From: Bacteroidaceae bacterium
Lineage (GTDB): Bacteria; Bacteroidota; Bacteroidia; Bacteroidales; Barnesiellaceae_A
NCBI GenBank assembly: GCA_017532725.1
Contig: JAFXIZ010000016.1
Span: 43,317 to 107,316, forward strand
DNA: 64,000 nucleotides
Direction of reading: 5' to 3'
Part shown: piece by piece, positions 27,373 through 37,652 of the stretch
Position numbering within the stretch: position 1 is the first letter of the stretch
How the letters are laid out: every line of letters begins with the position of its first letter
Translations under genes and position numbers: made by a program
The notes under the pieces: generated by a model
The model's input: the letters and a program-made list of their open reading frames with translations, nothing else
What the model was told of the DNA's origin: nothing
The model's database searches: none

Positions 27373-28889
27373 TATCCGAGTCGGTCGATTGCTGCTTGTA
27401 GGCGATTGAAGGTTTCTTCTCGACCCATAATCTCCGATATGTCAAACATATGAGGGCCTTTGCAGTAACCTACTACAGCCAAGCGATAGGCATTCATAAC
27501 GTTGCCCATATGGTAGCCTTTGTCGGTAATCCAACCCAATACAATCTCCTCGGCTGCCTTCGACTCCATAGTAGGCAGATTACGGATAATCTCTATGAGT
27601 TCGCCCATACGCGCTCCCATTCCTTCATCCCAGCGTTTGCGCACCGACTTTTCTTCATACTCGGTGGGAGCCTCAAAGAAGAATGCTGTTTGATCCCACA
27701 ATTCGTTAACGAAGTTTACGCGACTCTTTACAAGCGCAACAATGCGTGTAAGTGTTTCTATATCGCAGTTGTGACCTTTGGCTGCGACTATAGGCATAAA
27801 CATCTCTGCAACATCGCGGTCACTACGGTTTTGCAAGTATTGGTGGTTGAACCATTTGCCTTTTTCGTAATCAAACTTGGCGCCACTCTTGCTGCATCGT
27901 TGCAAGTCGAAGAGTTTTATCAACTCATCCATCGACATTATCTCTTGGTCGTTGCCGGGGTTCCAGCCCAATAGGGCAAGGAAGTTGACAACGGCTTCGG
28001 GCAGATAGCCGGCTTCGCGATATCCCGACGATACCTCGCCTGTCTTGGGGTCGTGCCACTCCAAGGGGAATACGGGGAATCCCAAACGGTCACCGTCGCG
28101 CTTGCTCAATTTGCCTTTACCGTCGGGCTTGAGCAACAAGGGTAGGTGGGCAAATTGAGGCATACTATCTTCCCAACCGAAGGCGCGATACAACAAAACG
28201 TGAAGAGGTGCCGAGGGCAACCACTCCTCACCACGAATTACGTGCGATACCTCCATCAAGTGGTCATCGACTATGTTGGCAAGGTGGTATGTAGGCAGGT
28301 TGTCGGCCGATTTGTACAATACCTTATCATCGAGGATAGTTGAATTGATAACTACCTCACCACGAATGATGTCGTTTACCTTTACATCCTCGCCCGGCTC
28401 TATCTTGAAACGTACAACGTACTTCTCGCCGGCTTCTATGGCGGCTTTTACATCCTCGGCACTCATTGTGAGTGAGTTGCGCATACTCATACGAGTCGAT
28501 GCATCATATTGGAAGTTGGCAATCTCGTTGCGCTTGGCGTCAAGTTCCTCGGGGGTGTCGAATGCGATGTAACCTTTGCCATTCTCAAGCAATATATCTA
28601 CATACTTGCGATATATATCTTTGCGCTCCGATTGGCGATAAGGTCCGTAATTACCACCATATCCCACGCCTTCATCAAATTTTATACCCAACCATTCGAG
28701 TGCTTCCATAATATACTCTTCGGCTCCGGGTACAAAACGTTGTGAGTCGGTATCTTCTATACGGAATATCATATCGCCACCTTGTTGTTTGGCAAAGAGG
28801 TAGTTGTATAGAGCAGTGCGAACACCACCAATGTGGAGTGCCCCTGTAGGGCTGGGTGCGAAACGCACCCTTACTTTACGTTCTGACAT
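27372..28889 (-). CDS. gltX: glutamate--tRNA ligase
   Basis: [28 protein letters not shown] (HIGH motif) and KLSKRDG (KMSKS motif). 505 aa. Confidence 0.95.
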   Translation of the reverse strand: MSERKVRVRFAPSPTGALHIGGVRTALYNYLFAKQQGGDMIFRIEDTDSQRFVPGAEEYIMEALEWLGIKFDEGVGYGGNYGPYRQSERKDIYRKYVDILLENGKGYIAFDTPEELDAKRNEIANFQYDASTRMSMRNSLTMSAEDVKAAIEAGEKYVVRFKIEPGEDVKVNDIIRGEVVINSTILDDKVLYKSADNLPTYHLANIVDDHLMEVSHVIRGEEWLPSAPLHVLLYRAFGWEDSMPQFAHLPLLLKPDGKGKLSKRDGDRLGFPVFPLEWHDPKTGEVSSGYREAGYLPEAVVNFLALLGWNPGNDQEIMSMDELIKLFDLQRCSKSGAKFDYEKGKWFNHQYLQNRSDRDVAEMFMPIVAAKGHNCDIETLTRIVALVKSRVNFVNELWDQTAFFFEAPTEYEEKSVRKRWDEGMGARMGELIEIIRNLPTMESKAAEEIVLGWITDKGYHMGNVMNAYRLAVVGYCKGPHMFDISEIMGREETFNRLQAAIDRLG

Positions 28890-29000
28890 AGTATATCTTT
28901 AATTTTTGTTGTATTTTTCCAAGTTTTATATCTCTATTGTCACAGTATATGTGCAAGGTAAGAACCTAATTGTATAATTCGTACAAAGGTAGTGAAAGAT

Positions 29001-29040
29001 AAGGGAATAAAAAACAAACTTGTCTGTTTTTTATTCCCTT
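29001..29040 (-). terminator. 16-bp perfect hairpin downstream of the ydeI-like gene
   Basis: AAGGGAATAAAAAACA (29001-29016) pairs with TGTTTTTTATTCCCTT (29025-29040). It lies about 100 nt after the stop at 29138. The gltX promoter box (minus-strand TACCTTTG, 28984-28991) follows immediately. Confidence 0.5.
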
Positions 29041-29137
29041 GTGGATTATTGATGATGTTGGTTGGATGTTTTTGCTGTGTTATGAGAAATATTTACTTGG
29101 CTTACAATGGGTTTGTTTGTGGTGTTTGGTTGACCTT

Positions 29138-29479
29138 TTATTTTGCCTCGGAGAGTGCTTTGCGTCCAACTTCGGTCATCAATCCTCGTTGCTCAAGGCT
29201 TGCACAACGCTGTTTATTCAGTTCGGTCCAATGGCTGTTTTTGCGACGTGGCAATAGGCGTTGCGCAAGGCGACCATCGGGTAGGCGTTTCAAGGTTGAG
29301 TCTATCCACCCATAGCATAGGGCTTCCTCGACAATTTCAATGTAAGGTATGGTACCCTCGACGGGTTGTTTGCTGCGCGAGGTTATTACCCAACATACAC
29401 GCTCGGTAGGGTGATTTTCTTCGAGCCATTGCCTCAACTCGGCTCGCGTGGTGCAGTGTAGAAGATTTACAATATCCAT
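29138..29479 (-). CDS. YdeI/OmpD-associated family protein
   Basis: RAELRQWLEENH...CWVI...IPYIEIVEEALCYGWIDS...SHWTELNKQ matches my recollection of the YdeI-type (DUF1801-related) family. Confidence 0.55.
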   Translation of the reverse strand: MDIVNLLHCTTRAELRQWLEENHPTERVCWVITSRSKQPVEGTIPYIEIVEEALCYGWIDSTLKRLPDGRLAQRLLPRRKNSHWTELNKQRCASLEQRGLMTEVGRKALSEAK

Positions 29480-29482
29480 CGA

Positions 29483-29791
29483 TTACTTCTTTGATTTTTC
29501 TTCATCCAGCAACTTGCGCTTTTGTTCTATCATTTCGCCCTCGCGCATACCGTTGTAACCACCCAATGAGCCGTCGGCTGCCACTACGCGATGACAAGGT
29601 ACATCGGGCGCAAAAGGGTTGCGTTTGAGAGCCTGACCCACGGCTTGCGCACTGCCACACCCAATGCGCCGAGCCAACTCGCCGTATGTGATGGTAGTCC
29701 CTGCCGGCACATCCAGCAGAGCCAAATACACCCGTCGCTGAAACGACGTTATCTCTGCCGATTGCATAACCTTGTGGCGTATATTGTTCAT
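29483..29791 (-). CDS. ogt: methylated-DNA--protein-cysteine methyltransferase (MGMT family)
   Basis: The track start at 29812 is a TTG, so I trimmed to the ATG at 29791 (MNNIRHKVM...). Active-site motif VPCHRVV, then TYGELARRIG and AVGQALKRNP. Confidence 0.8.
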   Translation of the reverse strand: MNNIRHKVMQSAEITSFQRRVYLALLDVPAGTTITYGELARRIGCGSAQAVGQALKRNPFAPDVPCHRVVAADGSLGGYNGMREGEMIEQKRKLLDEEKSKK

Positions 29792-29798
29792 TTCGCCC

Positions 29799-30020
29799 TT
29801 ACTCTTTCTCAAGTTCTTCGAGGAGTTTGCGCAGTTCTTCGTCGGTTTGTGTAAGGCGTGTTTTGCAGAATTTCAGCAGGGCAAGCGATTGCTTGGTGTA
29901 GTCGCGTAGCAAGTCTATCTCGCAGTTGGGATTTTGCATTTGGGCTACTATCTCTTCAAGTTGTTGCATCGCTTGTGTGTAGGTGAGTTCTTGGGTTGTT
30001 TCGGGGGTGTTATTCTTCAT
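29799..30020 (-). CDS. xseB: exodeoxyribonuclease VII small subunit
   Basis: Trimmed to ATG at 30020 (MKNNTPETTQELTYTQAMQQLEEIVAQMQN...). Helical and 73 aa. It overlaps the xseA 3' end by 11 nt. Confidence 0.8.
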   Translation of the reverse strand: MKNNTPETTQELTYTQAMQQLEEIVAQMQNPNCEIDLLRDYTKQSLALLKFCKTRLTQTDEELRKLLEELEKE

Positions 30021-31344
30021 TGCTTTTTTGTTTTGTGGTTGTTGTAATGTGGGCTTGTGCCGTACCGTCGGCAAGTTGTATTTCGATGTTGCTGTAGGGT
30101 GACAGGCTGTCTATTGTTTTTACTACTTTATTGCCTTGCAGAATAAGACTGTATCCTCGCGACAGCACAGCGTCGGGCGATAGCAGTTGTACCGTGTGCG
30201 CAAGGTTGTCTATGTGTTGTTGCTCTTGGCGTAGCAGGGCAGTGGTGCGCTCGGGTATGAGGTGAGCAAGGAGCGATAGTCGTTGATGTTCGCGACTCAT
30301 TCTATCGGTTGTATTGCGCTCGATGTGGTGTGCAATGTTTTGTTGCTGCCACTTCTCCTTGTGCAGTCGTTGCGTTACAATGTACGGAATGTTGCCTGTG
30401 AGTTGTTGCAAGCGATTGTTCTCGGCCATAATGCGTCGGCTCACAATTTCGGTAATCACTTTGCGTGTGCTTTGTGCAGCGAGGTCGGCACGATGTAGTT
30501 GCTCGATAAGCCATTCGGCTGCCGCAGTGGGTGTTTTTACCCTTATGGCGGCGACGTAGTCGAGGATGGTTTCGTCGCGTTCGTGGCCTATTCCTACGAT
30601 AATGGGTAGGGGAAATTGTGCTACGTTGCCGGCAAGGTTGTAGGTGTCGAAACACGACAATTCCGATGTAGAGCCTCCACCTCGGATGATGACTACGCAA
30701 TCGAATAGGTCGATGTGGCAGTGAATGCGATTGAGTGCATCGATGACCGATGTTTCGGTGTTCTCGCCCTGCATAATGGCAGGAAACAATACGGGGTAGA
30801 ATTTATAGCCGTAGGGGTTGTTATGCAATTGCTCGCTGAAGTCGCCATATCCGGCGGCAGTGTGCGATGATATGACTGCAATGCGTTGGGGTAGTATGGG
30901 TAGGGGCAACTCCTTGTTGTCGTTTATTATGCCATCGGCTTCGAGTTGTGCCAATATCTCGGCGCGTCGGCGTGCAGCCTCGCCTATGGTGTAGGTGGGA
31001 TTGATGTCGTGTATGGTGAGGCTCATACCGTACAACTCGTGGTATGTTATCGATACCGAAACCAGCACTTGTATGCCGGCAGTAAATGTTTGCCCTGTCT
31101 CCTGCTCGAAGTAGGGGCGTAGCAGGTTGTAGGTATTGGCCCATATAATGGCGCGTTGGCGAGCCGTGGTGCGACCCTGATGGTCTTTTTCTATCAACTC
31201 CAAGTAGCAATGACCGTTGCGATTGGGGTGGCACTCGCTTATCTCGGCACAAACCCAATATTCGTGTGGCAACCTCTCTTCTATTGCCTCGCGAATGCTC
31301 ATATTCAACTCGGTGAGGGTGTATATGTGTTCTTGCTCGCTCAT
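30010..31344 (-). CDS. xseA: exodeoxyribonuclease VII large subunit
   Basis: OB-fold N-terminus (YWVCAEISE...NGHCYLELIEKD), then IAVISSHTAAGYGDF, IIRGGGS and IGHERDETI. Confidence 0.9.
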   Translation of the reverse strand: MSEQEHIYTLTELNMSIREAIEERLPHEYWVCAEISECHPNRNGHCYLELIEKDHQGRTTARQRAIIWANTYNLLRPYFEQETGQTFTAGIQVLVSVSITYHELYGMSLTIHDINPTYTIGEAARRRAEILAQLEADGIINDNKELPLPILPQRIAVISSHTAAGYGDFSEQLHNNPYGYKFYPVLFPAIMQGENTETSVIDALNRIHCHIDLFDCVVIIRGGGSTSELSCFDTYNLAGNVAQFPLPIIVGIGHERDETILDYVAAIRVKTPTAAAEWLIEQLHRADLAAQSTRKVITEIVSRRIMAENNRLQQLTGNIPYIVTQRLHKEKWQQQNIAHHIERNTTDRMSREHQRLSLLAHLIPERTTALLRQEQQHIDNLAHTVQLLSPDAVLSRGYSLILQGNKVVKTIDSLSPYSNIEIQLADGTAQAHITTTTKQKSNEE

Positions 31345-31346
31345 TC

Positions 31347-32954
31347 CTATCGCTTTATTTTTATTGCTTTATATTCGGTGTCACTCTGCCACACCACTAT
31401 GTATATACCTGCATCTATATCGGGCATATCTATCTCGGTTGTGCCTTGCTCGATGCTGCGTCGGGCAACGGTGCGACCTGTCGTATCGTATATGGTAAGG
31501 GTGGCTTGTCGTAAGGATTGGGGTAGATGTAACCTACCGTTGCTGTAGTGCAATGAGCATTGTGTCTTACCGTCTGTCGGCACACTGCTGTTGTTTCGGT
31601 ATATGGCATATATATCGGGTATCCCATAGCCACATAGGGCATCGGGGGTTTCGTACTGCGAGGCTCCACGTTGTATCTCCTCAATAAGCCGAGTTACCGA
31701 CCATTGTGGTTGCGACTGCCACAGGCAGGCTATGGCTCCACACATAATAGGTGCGGCGTATGATGTGCCCGATGTGCGCTTGACAGCATCACCGGCAGTA
31801 ATGGTGTTTACGTTGCTACCCATCGCTACGACATCGGGCTTGATGCGACCATCGGCTGTAGGGCCACAACTGCTGAAGGGGCTGTGGCTGCCGTCGTTTG
31901 TTACACTGCCTACGGTAATAACGCCCTCGGCATCTGACGGAACGGCTATTTTCTTCCATTCGTTTCGATATTCATTGCCGGCGGCCACCACTACCAACAA
32001 CCCTTTGTGATAAGCCATATTGGCTGCGCGTGATGAGAAGGCTGTTTGGCCGTCGAGGTTGTTGTGGGTATAGTTCATACCTTCATCATCGAAAGTATTG
32101 TATGCCAACGATGTGTTTACAATGTCGGCTCCAATGCTGTCGGCCAACTCCAACCCTGCTACCCAATAATCTTCCTCTATGGGGTATTCGCTATTGATAT
32201 CTTCGGTGACAATGAGTATATACTCGGCTTCGGGGGCTGTGCCTATGTAGTCGTTGGGCTTGTTGGCTGCCATACACGATAGCACTTCCGAGCCGTGTGT
32301 TTCGTTTCCGTAGGTCATTGCGTTATGAGGAAAATCGTACAGGAAAGTTATCTTCTCGTGGTTGTAGTATGCCGAATTTTTTACACCGTAGAAGCCTGCA
32401 TCAATAACGGCAATAGTCATACCTTCGCCTCTGTATCCCTCGTTGTGGAGCCGGTCGATATGTAGCATATCGGTCTGTTGCCACGCATCGCCGTATAGGG
32501 TGGCGTTGTCGGTTGCTGTTGTCTGATATTGAGTTGCTAACTCCCTCTCACGCTGTTGTTTGCTTTTAGCCGTAGGTGCTATTTCGTTTTTCCATACACA
32601 CTCGGTGTGGCTCACAAAGGGTAGGGCTGCAATATCGGCTACGACGGCAGTGTCATCGACAGCCACAACGACGGTATTCATCCAGCGTGAGGTGACAACC
32701 AATCGGCATCCCACAGCCTCGATCTGCTCAATGTATTGTTGGCACACCGGCAAGTCGCGCTCATCGATGGCATATCCTTGTCGGTTGCGTCGGTCGATGC
32801 ACGCTTGCGATAGAAAAGCCTCGGGTTGTGAGGCTGTATATTGGCTCGCATCCTTGTCGGTAAGCCATACGCGATATTTGTAGTCGTTGGCTCGGCTACA
32901 TATAAGGGTTGTTGCAATTGTCAGCAACAGCAGTATGGCTACAAGTCGTTTCAT
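31347..32954 (-). CDS. S8 family (subtilisin-like) serine peptidase with T9SS CTD
   Basis: Catalytic triad contexts AVIDAGF (Asp), HGSEVLS (His) and GTSYAAP (Ser). Signal peptide MKRLVAILLLLTIATTLICS. The C-terminus LTIYDTTGRTVARRSIEQGTTEIDMPDIDAGIYIVVWQSDTEYKAIKIKR is a T9SS CTD. Confidence 0.85.
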   Translation of the reverse strand: MKRLVAILLLLTIATTLICSRANDYKYRVWLTDKDASQYTASQPEAFLSQACIDRRNRQGYAIDERDLPVCQQYIEQIEAVGCRLVVTSRWMNTVVVAVDDTAVVADIAALPFVSHTECVWKNEIAPTAKSKQQRERELATQYQTTATDNATLYGDAWQQTDMLHIDRLHNEGYRGEGMTIAVIDAGFYGVKNSAYYNHEKITFLYDFPHNAMTYGNETHGSEVLSCMAANKPNDYIGTAPEAEYILIVTEDINSEYPIEEDYWVAGLELADSIGADIVNTSLAYNTFDDEGMNYTHNNLDGQTAFSSRAANMAYHKGLLVVVAAGNEYRNEWKKIAVPSDAEGVITVGSVTNDGSHSPFSSCGPTADGRIKPDVVAMGSNVNTITAGDAVKRTSGTSYAAPIMCGAIACLWQSQPQWSVTRLIEEIQRGASQYETPDALCGYGIPDIYAIYRNNSSVPTDGKTQCSLHYSNGRLHLPQSLRQATLTIYDTTGRTVARRSIEQGTTEIDMPDIDAGIYIVVWQSDTEYKAIKIKR

Positions 32955-34057
32955 TGTTGTTTGTAATTCTTCAGCAGTCGGGTGTCCTCAATAATACCAC
33001 CACCTACTACCACGTCGCCGTCGTATATAACGGCCGATTGTCCCGGTGTAAGGGCCGATACCGGTGAGGCAAAACGTACAATGGCATTGCCGTCGTCGAG
33101 TGTTTCGATGGATGCTTCTACGGCCTTGCTGCGATAGCGAATACGCACAGCAAGTTGTGACAGAGGTTGATATGAGGCATCGAATCGCACATTTGATATC
33201 AAGGCCGTCGATTGCAATAACTCATCGGCGTTGCCCAATCGTATGGTATTCTTGGCTGCGTTGATGCGAATGACGTATGCCGGATGTCCCAAAGCGATTT
33301 CCAATCCTTTGCGTTGTCCTATGGTGTAGAACGGGTAACCCTTGTGTTGTCCCAACTTGCGACCTTTCTCATCTACAAAAAATCCTCCACCTACTTGGCT
33401 GTCGAGGTTGGGTATCATTTCTCGCAAGAAATCGCGGTAGTCATCGGGAACAAAGCAAGCCTCCATACTCTCTTTTTTTTCGGCTTTCTGTGTGAAACCC
33501 TTTTGGCGAACATACTCTTTGATGTCTTGCTTGATAAGTCCCCCCAAGGGGAAGATTGTGCGAGAAAGTTGTTCTTCGGTAAGTCGCCACAAGAAGTACG
33601 ATTGGTCCTTCTTGTTGTCTATGCCACACGCCAGCATAGGCTTGCCGTTGTGCTCGATAATGCGTGCGTAGTGTCCTGTTGCCACTTTATCGCAATGTAG
33701 TTTGTCGGCTGCTTCAAGCAGATATTTCCACTTGAAAAAACGGTTGCACATTACGCAAGGGTTGGGGGTGCGTCCACGCATATACTCATCGATAAAGGCT
33801 TGTACCACTTCGGCACGAAATTCGTTGCGTATATCGAGCGTGTGGTGTTCTATGCCTAATTTTTCGGCCAATTCGCGTGCTTCGAGAATATGATTGGGCT
33901 CGACCTGCTCTGGGGTATTGAATTGTGAGGGAACGTCCCACATACGCAGGGTTAGTCCTACAACCTCGTAGCCCTCATCCTGTAGCATCATACATACGGC
34001 CGAACTATCCACGCCACCACTCATTCCTACCAAAACTCTTTTGTTCTGCATTGTCAT
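32951..34057 (-). CDS. mnmA: tRNA 2-thiouridine(34) synthase
   Basis: PP-loop VLVGMSGGVDSS, then NPCVMCN and GHYAR motifs. Confidence 0.95.
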   Translation of the reverse strand: MTMQNKRVLVGMSGGVDSSAVCMMLQDEGYEVVGLTLRMWDVPSQFNTPEQVEPNHILEARELAEKLGIEHHTLDIRNEFRAEVVQAFIDEYMRGRTPNPCVMCNRFFKWKYLLEAADKLHCDKVATGHYARIIEHNGKPMLACGIDNKKDQSYFLWRLTEEQLSRTIFPLGGLIKQDIKEYVRQKGFTQKAEKKESMEACFVPDDYRDFLREMIPNLDSQVGGGFFVDEKGRKLGQHKGYPFYTIGQRKGLEIALGHPAYVIRINAAKNTIRLGNADELLQSTALISNVRFDASYQPLSQLAVRIRYRSKAVEASIETLDDGNAIVRFASPVSALTPGQSAVIYDGDVVVGGGIIEDTRLLKNYKQQ

Positions 34058-34078
34058 ACCAATACTTTTTTAATAGAA

Positions 34079-34086
34079 CAAAGATA
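34079..34086 (-). promoter_or_regulatory. -7 promoter box TATCTTTG for mnmA
   Basis: Plus strand CAAAGATA. It lies 22 nt upstream of the mnmA ATG and just downstream of an A/U-rich hairpin (TTTTTTCTG/CAGAAAAAA) that follows the preceding gene. Confidence 0.4.
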
Positions 34087-34135
34087 TACAATTTTTTTCT
34101 GTTTATCGCAGAAAAAAGATAGGATTGAAACTCTT

Positions 34136-35881
34136 TTATTCGATTACCTTGTATAAGGTTAAATGTGAATTATGAAATACCTCTTGGTAACTGTTCCTTT
34201 GCATAAATTCGAGTAGAATCTTGGCCTTCCCTTGCAATTCGGGGTGTTCCTGTGCATCGAGATATTGTGTCGATGATAGGTCTTTGTAGTAGAAATGAGG
34301 TATTGCTATGAGGGGTAATTCGCGTGAACTGTTTTCGGCTTCAAAAAGTTTTTTCTCAAACATTTTATTACCCCAGAATGTACTCCAAGGCGAGCCTAAA
34401 TAGGGCTGCATATTGGTGAGGTAGTGCAACATAGGTAGGTTGTCGAATACCAACAGATAGTTGCCTTGTGCGCGATGTTGTGTGGTGTGCGTTACTATGT
34501 CATCAATTATATTGGCGCGCTCTTGTGTGGTGAATGTTGTGGCTTGGTAGGCTTGTGCGCGATGTAGTTTTCCCAAGCGACTGCCATCGTCGAAATAGCA
34601 ATTGCTATGCAATGCTACAAATAGCAGAAATGCTGTACCTGCTATAATGCTCAATTGTCGGCTGGTGGGCTTGTCGGTGTGGATGTTGATACTGCGTTGA
34701 TACTCATCGTTGTACGATATGTTCCACTGAATAGGATATCGAAACATATTGATAAGCAGAGGCATACCCAGCCACATACAAGAGTAACATATATTGGCAT
34801 AGGAATCTCCACCTAATGGAATTACAATGAGCATTGTGAGTGCTGATAATCCTAATGTTAGGCGTTGGGTGTCTCTATGATGCATCAGTGTGTAGATGAT
34901 GCTTGCAGCCGTAACCCCTCCCCACATAGCGTAGAAGTTGCGCGACAGCAGCGAGTAGATAAAAGCAATACTTATTATACCCACTATCAAGCCTATACCT
35001 TTTATTTTGATGTGTCTGATTGAAATGATATATAGCAGGCACACGATAAAGACTTTAATAGATACACTGATTATGTTCTTGTATGTCCCAACGTAGTTGC
35101 CCAACAGGTGCGTGATGCTGTGTGTATCGGAAGAGTCGCCACCCATAACAAATAGCGAGAGTATTGCCGATACGAAAGGTGTTATATGTCCCAACAGATA
35201 CATTATTGTCAGTACAACAACCTTTCCAATAAAGGCACCTCCAATGATGCGCAGTATGTTGTGTCCTGCCTTACTATAATTGCCTGTGTGAATACTCTCT
35301 ATGATAGGAATGAATATGAGTATCCATAGCGTGATGTTGGGCGTGCGAGTAAATGTATTAAGTGCAAGAAATAAGCCCATACTCCACCAAGCCCATCGTT
35401 TACCATTCATTCCTTGTGTCAACGCATATACGGTGAGAAGGAAAAGTAGTGCAGTGAGGCAATCGTGGTTGAAGTAGTGCAGGCACAACCCCGGATACAA
35501 AACGCAGGCAAGTGTACTCAGTACAATGGTTGATGTCTTAAAGTAGGGCTTTAGAATGGCAAACGTGGTAAGTACAATTCCCCCCGATGTTAAGGCAAAG
35601 AGTATGCGATATGCGTAGTTACCCCAATTGCCAAAGAGTACCTCCCATATACCTCCTATTAAGCCCGAGAGGTAGTACAGGAACAGATATTCCACATCCG
35701 ATGGGTGTGTAAAGATGTTTTGGTAGAAAGTTAGTGAGAAACCTTCATCGGCAAAGTCAAATCCCTGTAGTGAGATGAGAACGTAGTAAATAACTGCAAA
35801 AAGTGTCATACCCCACATACATCTGCGAGGATGCCTATCGAGTGTGGCGAGTATGCCGGATATGCCTTGCAGGAGTTTCAT
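34136..35881 (-). CDS. polytopic membrane protein, GT-C (ArnT/PMT-like) glycosyltransferase fold suspected
   Basis: 581 aa with roughly a dozen hydrophobic segments, then a ~170-aa soluble C-terminal domain. An acidic motif (FDFADEG) sits in the first predicted loop, as in GT-C enzymes. The assignment comes from architecture only. Confidence 0.4.
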   Translation of the reverse strand: MKLLQGISGILATLDRHPRRCMWGMTLFAVIYYVLISLQGFDFADEGFSLTFYQNIFTHPSDVEYLFLYYLSGLIGGIWEVLFGNWGNYAYRILFALTSGGIVLTTFAILKPYFKTSTIVLSTLACVLYPGLCLHYFNHDCLTALLFLLTVYALTQGMNGKRWAWWSMGLFLALNTFTRTPNITLWILIFIPIIESIHTGNYSKAGHNILRIIGGAFIGKVVVLTIMYLLGHITPFVSAILSLFVMGGDSSDTHSITHLLGNYVGTYKNIISVSIKVFIVCLLYIISIRHIKIKGIGLIVGIISIAFIYSLLSRNFYAMWGGVTAASIIYTLMHHRDTQRLTLGLSALTMLIVIPLGGDSYANICYSCMWLGMPLLINMFRYPIQWNISYNDEYQRSINIHTDKPTSRQLSIIAGTAFLLFVALHSNCYFDDGSRLGKLHRAQAYQATTFTTQERANIIDDIVTHTTQHRAQGNYLLVFDNLPMLHYLTNMQPYLGSPWSTFWGNKMFEKKLFEAENSSRELPLIAIPHFYYKDLSSTQYLDAQEHPELQGKAKILLEFMQRNSYQEVFHNSHLTLYKVIE

Positions 35882-35889
35882 AGTGAAAA

Positions 35890-36366
35890 TTATTTTTCTA
35901 TAAGAACGACAGCGTATGCCGAAATGCCCTCTTCGCGACCTGTAAAGCCCAATTTCTCGGTAGTAGTGGCTTTTATGGAAATATCCTCAATATCTATACC
36001 CATACAAGCAGCCATCGCTTCTTTCATAGCCGGTATATGAGGATTGAGTTTGGGTCGTTCGGCGCATATTGTCATATCGGCATTGCCTATGCGATAACCT
36101 TTCTCGGCGAGTAATTCGGTGACTTTACGCAGTAATATTTTGCTATCTATGCCGGCATATTCACCTGCCGTATCGGGAAAGTGATACCCTATATCGCGCA
36201 TATTGGCTGCTCCTAACAGTGCATCGCACAGGGCGTGTATTGCAACATCGGCATCGGAGTGCCCTAACAGTCCGGCTGTGTGTTCTATGCGAACACCGCC
36301 TAACCAAAGGTCGCGACCTTCGACAAGACGGTGTACATCATATCCCATTCCTACTCTTATTTTCAT
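35890..36366 (-). CDS. ispF: 2-C-methyl-D-erythritol 2,4-cyclodiphosphate synthase
   Basis: RVGMGYDVHRL...GHSDADV...HALCDALLGA is the canonical IspF pattern. Confidence 0.95.
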   Translation of the reverse strand: MKIRVGMGYDVHRLVEGRDLWLGGVRIEHTAGLLGHSDADVAIHALCDALLGAANMRDIGYHFPDTAGEYAGIDSKILLRKVTELLAEKGYRIGNADMTICAERPKLNPHIPAMKEAMAACMGIDIEDISIKATTTEKLGFTGREEGISAYAVVLIEK

Positions 36367-36377
36367 AGGATTGTTTT

Positions 36378-37595
36378 TTATTTTATCAGATTCTTGATTC
36401 CTTCAAGGTCAAACGCCAAAGTGAAACGTAATGTTTGGTCGAGAGGGCTTGATGCTGCTGTGGCGAGCAGGTATGCTGCATCGACTTGAATAATGCTGTA
36501 GGCAAAACTTGCACCGAATGCAAAGAATTGACGGTTACCTTTGTACTCATCTTCCCAATAATATCCGGCACGAAGTGAGAACATACGGTTGTATGAGTAT
36601 TCAAGACCTACCGAGAAGTTTATCTCGCGCATCTCCTCTTCAAATCCACCCGGAGCATCGTAGAACGACTTGGCGATACCCTCAAACGGCGACATATTGT
36701 AGTACTCCTCTCGCGCTGCATTGTAAGCATCGGTATTGATAGTTCCATCCTCATTCTTGTATTGATACTCTTGAGGCATTGTGGGTACAAGCATCTTGTT
36801 GGCATCGACGTTGATAGAGATTGTATTCTTGTCGGCTATGGGGAACAGGAATGTTGTACCAATCTTCAAGTTGGTGGGCAAGAATGCAGGCTGATTGCCG
36901 TTGTCGTATGCCAATTTTGAACCGATGTTCGATATGTTCATACCCCACGACCATTGGCACTCGTTGCGTGCAATGATGGGGTAGAATGTATAGTACCACG
37001 AAATGTCGGCTCCAAAGGCCGATGCGCCTTTTACGCTACCTGTTGCGCTACCACTTTCATCGTATTGGAAACCGAGATCGGAGTAGATGTAGCGCATCAC
37101 AACACCCATTGAGAAGTTTTCCGACAACTTGCGCGAGTAACCCAAGTCCACTGCCATTTCGAAGGGGTTGATTGAGTTTACGGCATCGCCATTCTGGTTG
37201 GTGAGTGTTATACTACCCAATGAGAAGTAACGCAGCGAGAGGCTCATCGCTTGGGGCTTGTTGGGGCCAAACTTGAGGTAACCACTGAGGTTGAGCAGGT
37301 AGATGTCATTGACCAATTTGCTCAACCAAGGTGTGTATGACAGGCCGATACCGGCATCGCTGAATGCAAAGGCATATTTTGAAGCATTCCAGAATTGCGA
37401 GTTTACATCGGGGTCGGTTGCAGCACCTATGTCACCCATACCGGCACCTCGCGCATCGGGGGCTATGGTGAGTGATGTTGCACCGGTGTTGACAGGGTTG
37501 AATTGTTTAATAACTTCTCCTTGTCCGTATGCTTGAAACGCTGTTATACAAGCAAATAATAGAGTTACAATTGATATAATGCTATTTTTATTCAT
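36378..37595 (-). CDS. porV: T9SS outer-membrane channel/shuttle protein PorV (LptO)
   Basis: Signal peptide followed by TGATSLTIAPDARGAGMGDIGAATDPDVNSQFWNASKYAF, the conserved PorV N-terminal block. It is a FadL-like 14-strand barrel-sized protein (405 aa) lying directly downstream of porU, as in other T9SS loci. Confidence 0.8.
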   Translation of the reverse strand: MNKNSIISIVTLLFACITAFQAYGQGEVIKQFNPVNTGATSLTIAPDARGAGMGDIGAATDPDVNSQFWNASKYAFAFSDAGIGLSYTPWLSKLVNDIYLLNLSGYLKFGPNKPQAMSLSLRYFSLGSITLTNQNGDAVNSINPFEMAVDLGYSRKLSENFSMGVVMRYIYSDLGFQYDESGSATGSVKGASAFGADISWYYTFYPIIARNECQWSWGMNISNIGSKLAYDNGNQPAFLPTNLKIGTTFLFPIADKNTISINVDANKMLVPTMPQEYQYKNEDGTINTDAYNAAREEYYNMSPFEGIAKSFYDAPGGFEEEMREINFSVGLEYSYNRMFSLRAGYYWEDEYKGNRQFFAFGASFAYSIIQVDAAYLLATAASSPLDQTLRFTLAFDLEGIKNLIK

Positions 37596-37652
37596 CTTTC
37601 AGTGATTGTTTTTTTGTTCAGTCATATCTTTATAAACAGCATTTATCCCTAT

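Noticed and set aside
28992-29315. ORF 28992-29315(+) with a hydrophobic, Cys-rich N-terminus
   Set aside because: It starts at a GTG inside the terminator hairpin and promoter region, and then runs antisense to the well-supported ydeI-like gene.
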